From IMG/VR virus record IMGVR_UViG_3300022928_000001: 64,000 bases of DNA; one strand, 5' to 3'. This document shows, piece by piece, positions 15,563-26,066 of this stretch. This DNA is from an uncultured virus (IMG/VR IMGVR_UViG_3300022928_000001) (taxonomy: Duplodnaviria; Heunggongvirae; Uroviricota; Caudoviricetes). Positions within the stretch are counted from its first letter, which is position 1; each line of letters begins with the position of its first letter. The notes below the pieces were generated by a model. The model saw nothing but the letters and a program-made list of their open reading frames with translations, did no database searches and was not told the origin of the DNA. The translations under genes were made by a program, and so were the position numbers.

Positions 15563-18500
15563 ATGGGCATTAAATTTAAATCGCCATTAGCGCTTTCGGC
15601 ACACAGAGCTATAGCACATAGCGATTCAGCCCAGACTTTAGAAGTAACGGTTGTAACTAAAACATCTGCTCATCCAGAATTTGGAAACGGCAGTGTTAAT
15701 GGTTACGCTATAGACGGGGTTGAGGGACCTTATTTAGAATTTACTCCTGGTAATACGTATAAGTTTGATCAGTCAGATAGCTCAAACACAGGACACCCTT
15801 TGGCTTTTTATGAAGATGCTGCTAAAACAATATCTTATACTACTGGAGTAACCACAAATGGAACACCAGGTAGCGCAGGAGCGTATACTCAAATAGTACC
15901 TGCTGTTTCAACACCTCCTATACTTTATTATCAATGCACCGTTCACTCCTTAATGGGAAGTTACACAAAATTTGGAACAGGTTCACAGGGTGATACTTAC
16001 ACTTTTAGCGCATCACAAGATGGTGATAACGTTGATTTATTATTAGACGCTGGCTCTGGCACAGATTCAACTGTTCAATTAACAGCTGGAACAAATATTA
16101 CATTAACAAGAAACAGCGCTTCTGAAGTAACTATTGATGCAGCGGGAGGAAGCGGGGGCGCTGCTGATTCAGCACTTAAAATACTTTTAACTGTAAAAAA
16201 CGTATCAGGTGGTTCACTTAGTCCCGGAACTTTAGTTAGAGTGGCTCCAACAGCTACACCTCCATCTGGTAATGTATTAGAAGTTGATATTGCAGATAAT
16301 TCGTCTGCATCTACAATGCCTGCTGTTGGTATAATCACAGATACAATTGCTGATGAAGCTGAAGGTCAGTGCGTTGCTTTTGGTAGGGCTGAAGGTTTTT
16401 CTACATCAGGCTATACTGAGGGAGACCCTATATGGGTTGGAACAAGCGGTGCATTTACAGGTACAAAGCCAACAGGAACTGCGTTAATACAAAGAGTAGG
16501 GCAGGTAATTAAGATTCACGCTACAAATGGTAGCATTGAAGTATTTGGGGCAGGTAGATCAAATGATGTTCCAAATATTCCACAAGACCAATTATGGCTT
16601 GGTAATTCAAGTGGTGTAGCAACGCCAACAGCCCATACTGTAGAAAACATATCTAATGTAACGGTATCTTCTAAAACAAACGGGCAAGCATTAGTATGGG
16701 ATGCTGCAAATAACTATTGGAAAAACGGCACTGTTTCTGGAGGCGGTGGAGGTGGTACAGAACTTTCTATTGAAAAAAATGTATTTACCGCTACAGCTAA
16801 CCAAACGGCATTTTCAATATCATCTGCTATAACAGCATCAAGTAATACACAAGTATATATTGATGGTGTATATCAAGCTAAAAGCAACTATACAACAAGC
16901 GGATCAACAATAACATTTTCAACTGGAGTTCCGGCTGGATCTGAAGTAGAAGTTATTCATTTTATTTCTGTATTATCAAAAGTATATACAGATACATTTA
17001 CTGGTAACGGCACTACGGTTGATTTCACAGCTTCTAAGGACGTTACAGACGAAAACGTTACACAAGTATACATAGACGGAGTTTATCAGTCTAAAGACAA
17101 CTATACGACTTCTGGGACAACTATCACTTTTTCCACCGCACCTCCAAGTGGTAGTGCGATAGAAGTCGTACATTTTACGCCCGCAGTTTATTCAACATTG
17201 AATAGTAACCAGTTTACTGGCACAGGGTTGCAAACAGATTTCACTTTAACACAAGCTGTTGAAGAAGATAAATCTTTTGTATTTATACAAGGTATATACC
17301 AAGAGAAAAGCACGTATAGCATATCCGGTACAACACTTATATTTACTACAGCGCCGCAAAGCGGTTATACTGTTGAAGTAATAACAGTAGGTGAAGTTTC
17401 AATGCTTCCAGATACTATAGATATAGATAACTTTAGTGGTACAGGATCGCAAGTAGATTTTGTTTTAACATCTACCCCAAGTACTGAAAACGCTATTGAT
17501 GTTTATATTAATGGATTATATCAACAAAAAGATACATTTAGCTTATCTGGAAATACATTAACATTTTCTACAGCTCCCCCAAATGGTTCAACCATTGAGG
17601 TTAAACATCAATTTGTAGCAAGCGTTAAAGGAGAGGTTGCTTTAACCGCTGGAACAGGTATTAGTATTACAAAAAATTCAAATAATAATTTTACAATTGA
17701 AAATACGCTTATAGATGTAACAGTATCTTATAACACACCTACAGGTCAAAGTTTAACGTATACAACACCGTCATCGTCAATAGGTCAAGCAGGATCAATA
17801 TATGGGCCACAAACATTTACTATAACAGACGGTAGTAATACATTGAGTGGTACGGCATCAATTTCTGGGTTACCTAATGGGTTAACAGCAAGTCAATCGT
17901 ATAACAATTCAGATCCAGGTAACATTTTAACTATAACATTAGGCGGTGTTTTTCCTTCAGCAAATAGTTTAAATACAAATCTTACAATTTCAGGCTTAAC
18001 ATCTACAACTCCTCCTTTAGAAGTTGATTACTTAGTAATTGCTGGAGGCGGCGGTGGAGGTAGAGGTAGATCAGCTACAGGGGCTGGAGCTGGAGGAGGT
18101 GCTGGTGGTTATAGAAATTCATATAATTCAGAAACATCTGGAGGAGGTGTACCTACTGAATCACTTTTAACTTTATTACGAGCCACAAATTATACAGTGA
18201 CTGTTGGTGCTGGTGGAGGTGGTGCTGGAGGTAGTACAAATGGTGCTAATGGTTCTAATTCTGTATTTGCTACAATAACATCTACAGGAGGTGGTGGTGG
18301 AGCTACTGGTCCCACAGCAGGCTCAAGTGGAGGTTCAGGAGGTGGGGGTGCTAGTGGAGCCGGTGGAGCTGCTGTAACATCTCCTGTGGTACAAGGATAT
18401 AGAGGAGGTAATCAAAGTGGCGCATCTCCTGGAGCTGGTGGTGGTGGTGCAGGAGCTACTGGGCAAGATATAAATACAGGTAATTATGCCGCTGGCGGTA

Positions 18501-18874
18501 ATGGAGGAAATGGATTAACATCCTCTATCACAGGCGCAGCTATCGCTAGGGCTGGTGGCGGTGGCGGTGGAGGCTATTCCAGTGGAAGCGGCGCTGCTGC
18601 CGCAACATCAGGAGGTACCGGTGGAGGTGGTAATGGAGGCGGTAGTTCTTCAACAGCTGGAACCGCAAATACTGGTAGCGGTGGAGGTGGTGGAAATGGA
18701 GGAGACTCCGTTAGTAGAAATGGTGCTAGCGGTGGCTCTGGAGTAGTAATTATACGTTATCCAAGCGGTTATACAATAACCATAGGAGCTGGATTAACAG
18801 GAACAACTACTACAGATGGAAGCGACAAAGTAACAACATTCACAGCTGGAACAGGAAATATATCATTTAGTTAA
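15563..18874 (+). CDS. Long modular tail fibre (cupredoxin-like N-domain, four beta repeats, Gly-rich C-domain)
   Basis: GHPL...YYQCTVHSLMG; 4x V[YF]I.G.YQ...SG.T..F repeats; VDYLVIAGGG...GGSGVVIIRYP. Confidence 0.8.
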   Translation: MGIKFKSPLALSAHRAIAHSDSAQTLEVTVVTKTSAHPEFGNGSVNGYAIDGVEGPYLEFTPGNTYKFDQSDSSNTGHPLAFYEDAAKTISYTTGVTTNGTPGSAGAYTQIVPAVSTPPILYYQCTVHSLMGSYTKFGTGSQGDTYTFSASQDGDNVDLLLDAGSGTDSTVQLTAGTNITLTRNSASEVTIDAAGGSGGAADSALKILLTVKNVSGGSLSPGTLVRVAPTATPPSGNVLEVDIADNSSASTMPAVGIITDTIADEAEGQCVAFGRAEGFSTSGYTEGDPIWVGTSGAFTGTKPTGTALIQRVGQVIKIHATNGSIEVFGAGRSNDVPNIPQDQLWLGNSSGVATPTAHTVENISNVTVSSKTNGQALVWDAANNYWKNGTVSGGGGGGTELSIEKNVFTATANQTAFSISSAITASSNTQVYIDGVYQAKSNYTTSGSTITFSTGVPAGSEVEVIHFISVLSKVYTDTFTGNGTTVDFTASKDVTDENVTQVYIDGVYQSKDNYTTSGTTITFSTAPPSGSAIEVVHFTPAVYSTLNSNQFTGTGLQTDFTLTQAVEEDKSFVFIQGIYQEKSTYSISGTTLIFTTAPQSGYTVEVITVGEVSMLPDTIDIDNFSGTGSQVDFVLTSTPSTENAIDVYINGLYQQKDTFSLSGNTLTFSTAPPNGSTIEVKHQFVASVKGEVALTAGTGISITKNSNNNFTIENTLIDVTVSYNTPTGQSLTYTTPSSSIGQAGSIYGPQTFTITDGSNTLSGTASISGLPNGLTASQSYNNSDPGNILTITLGGVFPSANSLNTNLTISGLTSTTPPLEVDYLVIAGGGGGGRGRSATGAGAGGGAGGYRNSYNSETSGGGVPTESLLTLLRATNYTVTVGAGGGGAGGSTNGANGSNSVFATITSTGGGGGATGPTAGSSGGSGGGGASGAGGAAVTSPVVQGYRGGNQSGASPGAGGGGAGATGQDINTGNYAAGGNGGNGLTSSITGAAIARAGGGGGGGYSSGSGAAAATSGGTGGGGNGGGSSSTAGTANTGSGGGGGNGGDSVSRNGASGGSGVVIIRYPSGYTITIGAGLTGTTTTDGSDKVTTFTAGTGNISFS

Positions 18875-18876
18875 CT

Positions 18877-20166
18877 ATGGCATTAACAAAACTTACAACA
18901 GATTTAATTGACAGTACAATAGTTACTAGTATTAACGGTAGCACCGGTGCTGTTACATTAGAAACTGGCACAGACTGGCAAGCTACCCCAAAAACAGCAG
19001 ACTTTACAGCTGTTGCTGGGGAAGGTTATTTTGTTGATACTACAAGTGCTGCAATTACAGTTACACTTCCAAGTAGTCCAACTGCTGGGGATGAAGTTTC
19101 TATTATTGACTATGGAGCTAATGCAGGTACAAATAATATTACGATCACATCGAGTGATAACATAGAGGGTGCCTCTGATGATTTAGTATTATCCACAGAT
19201 AAAGTATCAAAAACGTTAGTTTATTCAGACGCTACTAAAGGCTGGTTAGTTGCTGCTGATGTTGCTGGCGCAGCCCCGCCCCCGCCACCGGATTTAACAG
19301 TAGATTATTTAGTAGTTGCTGGAGGTGGTGGTGGTGGTGCTGCAATAAGTGGAGGCGGTGGAGGTGGTGGTTTGCGTACTTCTTATGGGACTACTCGAGG
19401 AGGTGGGCAATCATCCGAATCAAATTTAACTCTAACAGGCGGTACAAATTATACAGTAACAGTAGGGGCCGGTGGTGTTGGATGTACTGATTCTGGAATT
19501 GGAGGAGTTGCTAATGGTTCAAATGGCGGTAATTCTGTATTTTCTACAATAACATCTATAGGGGGTGGAACTTCAGAGGATTACGAGGGAAATGGTATCG
19601 ATGGTGGTTCTGGTGGTGGAAGCCCAAGACGAGCAGGCAGTACTTATGGTAATGCAGTAACATCTCCAGTTGTTCATGGATATAGAGGTGGTTCGGGTTC
19701 AACCTCTGGAGGTCAAGATAATTTTGGCTCTGGAGGTGGTGGAGGTGGAGCTGGTTCAGTTGGAGGAAATGCGAGCGGTTCAACTGGAGGAACTGGAGGC
19801 AATGGATTAGAAGTTAATATTATTGGCGGAACAGGAAACTATTATGCCGGCGGCGGTGGCGGTGGTGCTTACAATGGTACAGGTGGTAGTGGTACAAATG
19901 GAGGTGGTAATGGTAGTAGTGGTACAGTTGCTGCAACAAATGGATCCACAAACGTTGGCGCTGGTGGTGGTGCTGGAGGATATCCTTCAACAAGATCTGG
20001 TGGTGATGGAGGCTCTGGAATTGTCATACTACGCTACCCAGATTATTATGATATAACAGTAGGATCTGGATTAACTACAGGACAATTAAATACTGCTGTA
20101 GGATCTAATGAGAAATACACCACATTCACAGGAGGAACAGGAAATATAACATTTGGAGCAGCATAA
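18877..20166 (+). CDS. Glycine-rich tail fibre protein
   Basis: FTAVAGEGYFVDTT...LVYSDATKGW module; Gly-rich domain paralogous to 15563. Confidence 0.8.
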   Translation: MALTKLTTDLIDSTIVTSINGSTGAVTLETGTDWQATPKTADFTAVAGEGYFVDTTSAAITVTLPSSPTAGDEVSIIDYGANAGTNNITITSSDNIEGASDDLVLSTDKVSKTLVYSDATKGWLVAADVAGAAPPPPPDLTVDYLVVAGGGGGGAAISGGGGGGGLRTSYGTTRGGGQSSESNLTLTGGTNYTVTVGAGGVGCTDSGIGGVANGSNGGNSVFSTITSIGGGTSEDYEGNGIDGGSGGGSPRRAGSTYGNAVTSPVVHGYRGGSGSTSGGQDNFGSGGGGGGAGSVGGNASGSTGGTGGNGLEVNIIGGTGNYYAGGGGGGAYNGTGGSGTNGGGNGSSGTVAATNGSTNVGAGGGAGGYPSTRSGGDGGSGIVILRYPDYYDITVGSGLTTGQLNTAVGSNEKYTTFTGGTGNITFGAA

Positions 20167-20183
20167 ATAATAAATAATAAAAT

Positions 20184-20555
20184 ATGGCTCATTACGCTTT
20201 TTTAAACATGCAAAATATCGTCACCGAGGTGATAGTCGGTAAAGACGAAACAGATGGACCAACAAACTGGGAGATGCACTATGGTAACATCCGAGAGCAA
20301 GTTTGTAAGCGTACATCTTATAACACAAGAGGAGGGGTTCATTCAGAAGGCGGTACTCCCTTTAGAAAAAATTATGCAGGCATAGGATATACCTATGATT
20401 TTGCAAGAGATGCATTTATCCCACCAAAACCATTTGATAGCTGGACACTAAATGAAAACAGCTGCTTATGGGAAGCTCCTGTAGCTATGCCAGATGATGG
20501 ACAGCAATATTCTTGGAATGAAGAAATGGGAACTTGGGATTTAATAACAGAATAA
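20184..20555 (+). CDS. Conserved fibre-associated protein (MAHYA...RKNYAGIG family)
   Basis: Recognised motif that usually follows Gly-rich fibres. Confidence 0.75.
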   Translation: MAHYAFLNMQNIVTEVIVGKDETDGPTNWEMHYGNIREQVCKRTSYNTRGGVHSEGGTPFRKNYAGIGYTYDFARDAFIPPKPFDSWTLNENSCLWEAPVAMPDDGQQYSWNEEMGTWDLITE

Positions 20556-20556
20556 T

Positions 20557-21024
20557 ATGGCACTAACTAAAGTAACAGCAGCAGTATTAGAACCAACAGC
20601 TGTAACAGATAACATTTCAAACGGATCTATTGATTCAGATAAGATTGCTAATAATGCCGTTGTAGCTGATAAGATTGCTAATAATGCCGTTGTAGCTGAT
20701 AAGATTGCTAATGACTCCATATCATATACTAAGCTTGGAAATGAGTTTACAACAGCTGCTACGTTGTCTGCAAGTGATGTAGATTTTAGTACCGCTCAAG
20801 TATTTACAAAAACATTAGCAGCAAACGATACGTTGACATTTTCAAACGTATCTACAGGTATGGTTAAAGATCTTGTTATTACAGGAAACTTTACTTTAAC
20901 GCTGCCATCATCTGTTAAAATTATATCTGGTGAATATGATGGAACAGTATCCAACTTAATTCAAATAGCAGCGACCAACGGCTCAACTGAGCAGTGGGCA
21001 ACAATATCACAAGAAGCAGTATAA
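20557..21024 (+). CDS. Tail fibre protein with KIA repeats
   Basis: MALTKV N-terminus; DKIANNAVVA repeats. Confidence 0.7.
   Translation: MALTKVTAAVLEPTAVTDNISNGSIDSDKIANNAVVADKIANNAVVADKIANDSISYTKLGNEFTTAATLSASDVDFSTAQVFTKTLAANDTLTFSNVSTGMVKDLVITGNFTLTLPSSVKIISGEYDGTVSNLIQIAATNGSTEQWATISQEAV
20638..20712 (+). repeat. Perfect 30-bp tandem repeat, 2.5 copies
   Basis: GATAAGATTGCTAATAATGCCGTTGTAGCT x2 plus 15 nt. Confidence 0.95.
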
Positions 21025-21025
21025 T

Positions 21026-21487
21026 ATGAAAGCAATACAAGTAAACGGAGCAATTAAAAAATTTGCGTCATTACCTAAAGTTTGGACAGATGAAAATGGT
21101 ACTCATTTAAATATTACAGATGGAGAAGCTTACGGTTTTTATGACGTTGTAACTCCTAATTACAACTCTGCTACTCAGTTTTTAGGAAATATAGTGTGGG
21201 ATGCAGACACGTCTACTTTCACTTATTTGATTGAAGATAAAACCTGGTCTGAATCATTAGACGAATTAAAGCAAACTAAAATAAGTGAGTTAAAAAATAT
21301 TTACAATAGAAAATTAGTTCAAACAGATTGGTATATAATCAGGGCACAAGAGGGTACGGCTGCACCTCAATCTGTTTTAGATGACAGATCTGCTTTAAGA
21401 GTAGAATGTGCTACAAAAGAAACAGAAATTAATGGGCTTACTACGAAAAGCGAAGTAGCTTCTTATTCTTTACCAAATCTTGACTAA
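21026..21487 (+). CDS. Tail fibre assembly-like protein
   Basis: LVQTDWYIIR...R.ALR motif of fibre chaperones. Confidence 0.6.
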   Translation: MKAIQVNGAIKKFASLPKVWTDENGTHLNITDGEAYGFYDVVTPNYNSATQFLGNIVWDADTSTFTYLIEDKTWSESLDELKQTKISELKNIYNRKLVQTDWYIIRAQEGTAAPQSVLDDRSALRVECATKETEINGLTTKSEVASYSLPNLD

Positions 21488-22341
21488 TGATTAATAAAAA
21501 ATTAATAAGCGCAGGAGCTGCAGCCGGAGGCGTAGATTTAGCTAATGCAACTTATTCTCAAAGCTATTCTATAACCGATGGCCCCCGCGGGATCATGAGA
21601 GGCGGTTGGATTAATTCAACAGGCACAAAATTATACACATGCCACTTGATACTTTCTCCATCAAGACAACATTATATATCTCAATATAATTTTAGTACCG
21701 CATTTGATGTAAGCAGTATTGGTAATATTGTTGGAGAAAAGCAGATTACAGCTACTATTCCGGATTATTTATCGGGGTGCGTTACTAATTTAAATGATAC
21801 ATGGATTCTTTACGACCCTTATTCTACTAATAATTATTATTCTCAACCATTTGGAACTGCAGGTAATATTACAACTTTAGGTACCGTCTACACGGACAGC
21901 TGCTCAAGAAGTGGAGGGGATAGAGTTTCAGTTTCTTATTGGCTTTCGCCTGACGAAGTATATTTGTTTATGTTAACCTCATCAAATTTAAGAAGAATAA
22001 CTTTAAGCACCCCAGGAAATTTATCTTCTGGATCCGGATGTGGATTAGTCAATTCAACAAGCGGAATTACTAGCGATATGAGTGGATCTTATATGCAAGG
22101 CGTAGCTTTTAATAGTGATGGAACAAGACTTTTTGCTGGATCAAGAGCTGGAGGAGTTGGGCAATATGATTTGTCTACCGCGTGGGATATAAGCTCAAGA
22201 GGAAGTATTACTTATTTTAATTTTTCGTCAAATATTGGTTCCTGTTATATTCAAAGCTTTCAATTTAATTCGGATTATTCTAAAATGTTATTACTTGAAA
22301 CTTATCCAAACAGGGGTACTGTACATGAATTTAATTTATAA
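21487..22341 (+). CDS. Beta-propeller-like virion protein
   Basis: FNSDGTRLF, QYDLSTAWDIS and QYNFSTAFDVS repeats. Confidence 0.65.
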   Translation: MINKKLISAGAAAGGVDLANATYSQSYSITDGPRGIMRGGWINSTGTKLYTCHLILSPSRQHYISQYNFSTAFDVSSIGNIVGEKQITATIPDYLSGCVTNLNDTWILYDPYSTNNYYSQPFGTAGNITTLGTVYTDSCSRSGGDRVSVSYWLSPDEVYLFMLTSSNLRRITLSTPGNLSSGSGCGLVNSTSGITSDMSGSYMQGVAFNSDGTRLFAGSRAGGVGQYDLSTAWDISSRGSITYFNFSSNIGSCYIQSFQFNSDYSKMLLLETYPNRGTVHEFNL

Positions 22342-22344
22342 TAA

Positions 22345-25143
22345 ATGGCACAAACTAAAATAAAAGCTGGATTATTTGAAGGCATAATTGGAAATGGCAC
22401 TGATGGATATTTTTTAATGTCCAACGGAGATGGCACTATGACATGGGCTCCATCTATCACACCCCCTACCATTACTAGTATAGCTTACCCAGGTTCAGTT
22501 ACAGCAGCAGATCCAGATGGAGGTGAAACTATTACAGTAACTGGAGCAGATTTCAACCCAGGATTTTCAGTAACTGTAGGCGGCACAGCAGCCAGTATAG
22601 TATCATATGTATCTAGTACGCAAATAAATTTTACAACGCCAGCTAAAGCGGCGGGGGACTACGACATTGTTGTAACTAATTCAGACGGTGGAACCGCTAC
22701 ATTTGTTAATGGTATATCATATAATGGAGTGCCAGCATGGACAACTCCTACTGGTAGCTTAGGTTCTTTTGCCTCTGACACCACTATATCAACTATAACA
22801 TTGCAAGCTGCAGAACCCGACGCTGGTACAATTACTTTTAGTATAACTAATGGAGCGCTTCCAACAGGGTTATCTTTAACAGGCGCTAATATTGACGGCA
22901 CTACCTCTATAGTATCTGCAGATACAACTTATAACTTTACAGTTACGGCAACCGATGATGAAAGTCAATCTACCGGAAGAGCATTTTCTATAACAATAGA
23001 AAAATATGTTTTAGTTTCTTCTGAGCATTTTACAATAAATACATATACTGGTACTGGTTCATCACGAAGCATTGAAGGTAAGATTGGTACTGCTGCCTCT
23101 TTTAATGGGAGTAGTAGTTATATAACAACACCAAGTATAATACCTACAAATAACTTTTCTTTTTCTTTTTGGGTTAATATGAGTAGTTTTTCAGGAGCGG
23201 GTACTAATCAAGTGGTATTTGTACAAAACGAAAATAATAACAGATGGTATATTGCGGTTTATGAATCTGGCAGAATAGAAGCTTGGAGTGGTTTGGGTAC
23301 TTTTACCACTTCTTCTAGCGTTATTAATTTGAATCAATGGCATAATGTAGTTTATACCGCTAGTAGTTCAACCGGCAAAAAAATATATGTAGATGGAACA
23401 GAGGTTTTATCTAATGCAGATACAAGTAATAATGGCGGAACAGCTGCTGGTAATCTTTTTATAGGCTTTGGAAAATGGTATGCAAATTCACTTTATTTAG
23501 ATGGTAAATTAGATCAAACGAGAATATTTAATAAAGTATTAACGACCTCAGAAATAGCCACACTATACGGTGAAAACAATGCTTCATCCACTAAATCTAA
23601 AGCTGATATTTTTAATGACGGCTCTAGTATAGCTTTTTATGAATTTGAAGAAGGCGCTAAAAGCTCAGGCGCTGCAAAACATTACTTGCACGTAGGCGAC
23701 GCAGGGGGACAGAATACAAGTGTAAGAATAAATAGTGTAGATTCTGAATTTACATATGCAAGACCAACCGGATATGCAGAATGGGGCGGCTCATTTGACC
23801 CAAATAATACTGCAACAGATTACGTTGGGTCGTCTTCAGGCTTTGTTTTTAGTGAAAGTAATAAGAAATGGGATAAGCCTACATCTAATTATTTTCATTC
23901 AGTATGGTCAACTAATAGTTATTCAAGTGGCAAATACTATGTTGAGCTTGAATTTTTAAATGCTGATTTAATATTTGGACTAAGCACATCAGAAACCGCC
24001 GATACAGTACATAGTGGTGCGTCTTTTTATGATAACGCAATATCTTATTTCAGCTATAGTGCTACTAAAAATATATATTCAAATACAGCTGTAAGCGGCG
24101 GCGCTGTTTTATCTACAGACAACGTTATAGGCTTTGCAATAGATTTTGATAATAAAACATTAAAATATTACATAAACAATACTCTTGTAGAAACCGAAAC
24201 ATTAGCTGGTTACGATGGAACCTCAACCAATGTAGATTACGTGGGAACTTCATTTAAACCTGGTTTGGTTTGGACTAAATCTCGTAGTAATGCGTTGAAT
24301 CACGCTCTTTTTGATTCAGTAAGAGGTACAACAAAAGCATTAAGACCAAATGATACCACCGCCGAGCAAACAAGAAGTGGTGTAACATCTTTTAATTCTA
24401 ATGGATTCACTATTGGGTCAGACGATGAATCAGGAGGGCAAAACGGATATACATATGTTAGTTGGTGCTGGAAAGCAGGAAATTCGGTAGTAACAGATTC
24501 TGCAACGGGAACATTAACCGCGGATATTAGTGCAAATACTAATGCAGGATTTAGTATTGTAAATTACACGGGAAATCAAACGCAGGGCGCTACTTTTCCT
24601 CACGGATTAGATTCAGCACCGGAAATGGTTATCATAAAAAATAAATCTACTTCAACATATTGGTTTGTTTATCACAAGGATTTAGACGCCAATAAAAATG
24701 TATATTTAAATGACTCTTCATCACAACAAGCAGACAATCAAATGTTTGGTGCAGATGCAAATGTTGTTACCGTTGGTTCAAGCATAAGTGTAAATTCTTC
24801 AACGACAGATTCTATGATTGCCTACTGCTTCCATTCAGTAGATGGCCATCAAAAGGTAGGAAGTTATACGGGGACGGGATCAGCGGGTTCGCCAACGATT
24901 ACGACTGGTTTTCAACCAAGATTTGTAATGATAAAAAATATTAATCTTAATCAAGAATGGATTATGATTGATAGTGTGCGCGGTAATAATTCTGCCAAAA
25001 CATTATATCCTAATTATAGTTATGCTGAAGTAACAAGCGGTAACAATATAGATTTTAACCCCAATGGATTTACAATACAAGAATCGGGCGGTGGTATAAA
25101 TTATCAATCAGGAAATACGTTCATCTATTTAGCAATAGCATAG
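22345..25143 (+). CDS. Multidomain receptor-binding protein (IPT/TIG, Ig, LamG, SPRY-like)
   Basis: GGETITVTG IPT; GALPTGLSL Ig; QWHNVV...IYVDG...DQTRIFN LamG; SGKYYVE...IGFAIDFD SPRY. Confidence 0.75.
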   Translation: MAQTKIKAGLFEGIIGNGTDGYFLMSNGDGTMTWAPSITPPTITSIAYPGSVTAADPDGGETITVTGADFNPGFSVTVGGTAASIVSYVSSTQINFTTPAKAAGDYDIVVTNSDGGTATFVNGISYNGVPAWTTPTGSLGSFASDTTISTITLQAAEPDAGTITFSITNGALPTGLSLTGANIDGTTSIVSADTTYNFTVTATDDESQSTGRAFSITIEKYVLVSSEHFTINTYTGTGSSRSIEGKIGTAASFNGSSSYITTPSIIPTNNFSFSFWVNMSSFSGAGTNQVVFVQNENNNRWYIAVYESGRIEAWSGLGTFTTSSSVINLNQWHNVVYTASSSTGKKIYVDGTEVLSNADTSNNGGTAAGNLFIGFGKWYANSLYLDGKLDQTRIFNKVLTTSEIATLYGENNASSTKSKADIFNDGSSIAFYEFEEGAKSSGAAKHYLHVGDAGGQNTSVRINSVDSEFTYARPTGYAEWGGSFDPNNTATDYVGSSSGFVFSESNKKWDKPTSNYFHSVWSTNSYSSGKYYVELEFLNADLIFGLSTSETADTVHSGASFYDNAISYFSYSATKNIYSNTAVSGGAVLSTDNVIGFAIDFDNKTLKYYINNTLVETETLAGYDGTSTNVDYVGTSFKPGLVWTKSRSNALNHALFDSVRGTTKALRPNDTTAEQTRSGVTSFNSNGFTIGSDDESGGQNGYTYVSWCWKAGNSVVTDSATGTLTADISANTNAGFSIVNYTGNQTQGATFPHGLDSAPEMVIIKNKSTSTYWFVYHKDLDANKNVYLNDSSSQQADNQMFGADANVVTVGSSISVNSSTTDSMIAYCFHSVDGHQKVGSYTGTGSAGSPTITTGFQPRFVMIKNINLNQEWIMIDSVRGNNSAKTLYPNYSYAEVTSGNNIDFNPNGFTIQESGGGINYQSGNTFIYLAIA

Positions 25144-25146
25144 ACA

Positions 25147-25560
25147 ATGGAAAAAAAGAAATTTAAAGATACCGGCGTTGGTAAATTTTTATTAGACAAA
25201 ATTCCTAACGTTGTTGGCGCAATTGCAGGGGACACTCCTGTAGGCTCTGTAATACAAGCTATTATTGGCGGATCTGATATGTCGGATGCTGATAAAGAAA
25301 TAGCTCTTGAAAAATTAAAAATGGAGCGTGCTGAAATAGATGGTACAACAAAAAGATGGGTGGCGGATGCTAGATCAGGCTCATGGCTTGCTTCTAATGT
25401 TCGTCCCCTCGTATTAGTATTTTTAACAGTAAGCTATGTAGCCGGATGGTATATGGGTTACCCTTTAGATTCTATAACTGGACTTTTAACAATTGTAATT
25501 GGTGGATATTTTGGAAGTCGTGGTGTGGAAAAAGTATTTGGAAACAACAAACATAAATAA
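25147..25560 (+). CDS. Putative holin
   Basis: SWLASNVRPL plus two TM helices and GYFGSRG.EK; next to endolysin. Confidence 0.65.
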   Translation: MEKKKFKDTGVGKFLLDKIPNVVGAIAGDTPVGSVIQAIIGGSDMSDADKEIALEKLKMERAEIDGTTKRWVADARSGSWLASNVRPLVLVFLTVSYVAGWYMGYPLDSITGLLTIVIGGYFGSRGVEKVFGNNKHK

Positions 25561-25563
25561 AAA

Positions 25564-25716
25564 ATGACCGATTTAAAAATATACGGTATTAACATTGCGG
25601 CATTAGTAACAAGCTCGCCAATGGTTTCGGGTATAAACCCGATGTTACAAACAATAGTTTTATTATTAACAATAGGGTACACCTGTATAAATATTTATCA
25701 AAAGCTTAAAAAATGA
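25564..25716 (+). CDS. Small membrane protein, holin/antiholin-like (50 aa)
   Basis: Translated by hand; hydrophobic, basic C-terminus; ATGA overlap with endolysin. Confidence 0.6.
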   Translation: MTDLKIYGINIAALVTSSPMVSGINPMLQTIVLLLTIGYTCINIYQKLKK

Positions 25717-26057
25717 AATATTTTACTGAATCTGAATTTAATGAGTTTGAAAAAATGAATCCTGAACTTCTTGAAAAGCTAGATCAGCTAAGAGAAGCAT
25801 ATGGATACCCAATTAAATTAACATCTACTTATAGATCTCCTGATCATCCAATTGAAGCAAAGAAAGCTAAGCCAGGTGAGCACGCTTATGGTGCAGCTGT
25901 TGATATTGCCTGCGTAGGAGGAGAAGCAACCTTTAAATTAGTAAAAGCAGCTATTGAAGTTGGATTTACTAGAATAGGTATAAGTAGAAAAAATAACTTT
26001 GTTCATGTAGGCATAGGGTATGATGGTGCTCCGCCTATTACAATATGGACGTATTAA
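25713..26057 (+). CDS. Peptidase M15A endolysin
   Basis: STYRS...EHAYGAAVDI...FVHVG zinc ligands. Confidence 0.85.
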   Translation: MKYFTESEFNEFEKMNPELLEKLDQLREAYGYPIKLTSTYRSPDHPIEAKKAKPGEHAYGAAVDIACVGGEATFKLVKAAIEVGFTRIGISRKNNFVHVGIGYDGAPPITIWTY

Positions 26058-26066
26058 AAAAATTAA

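Noticed and set aside
15563..25143. Diversity-generating retroelement acting on fibre genes
   Set aside because: No reverse transcriptase in the window and no adenine-specific template/variable repeat pair seen
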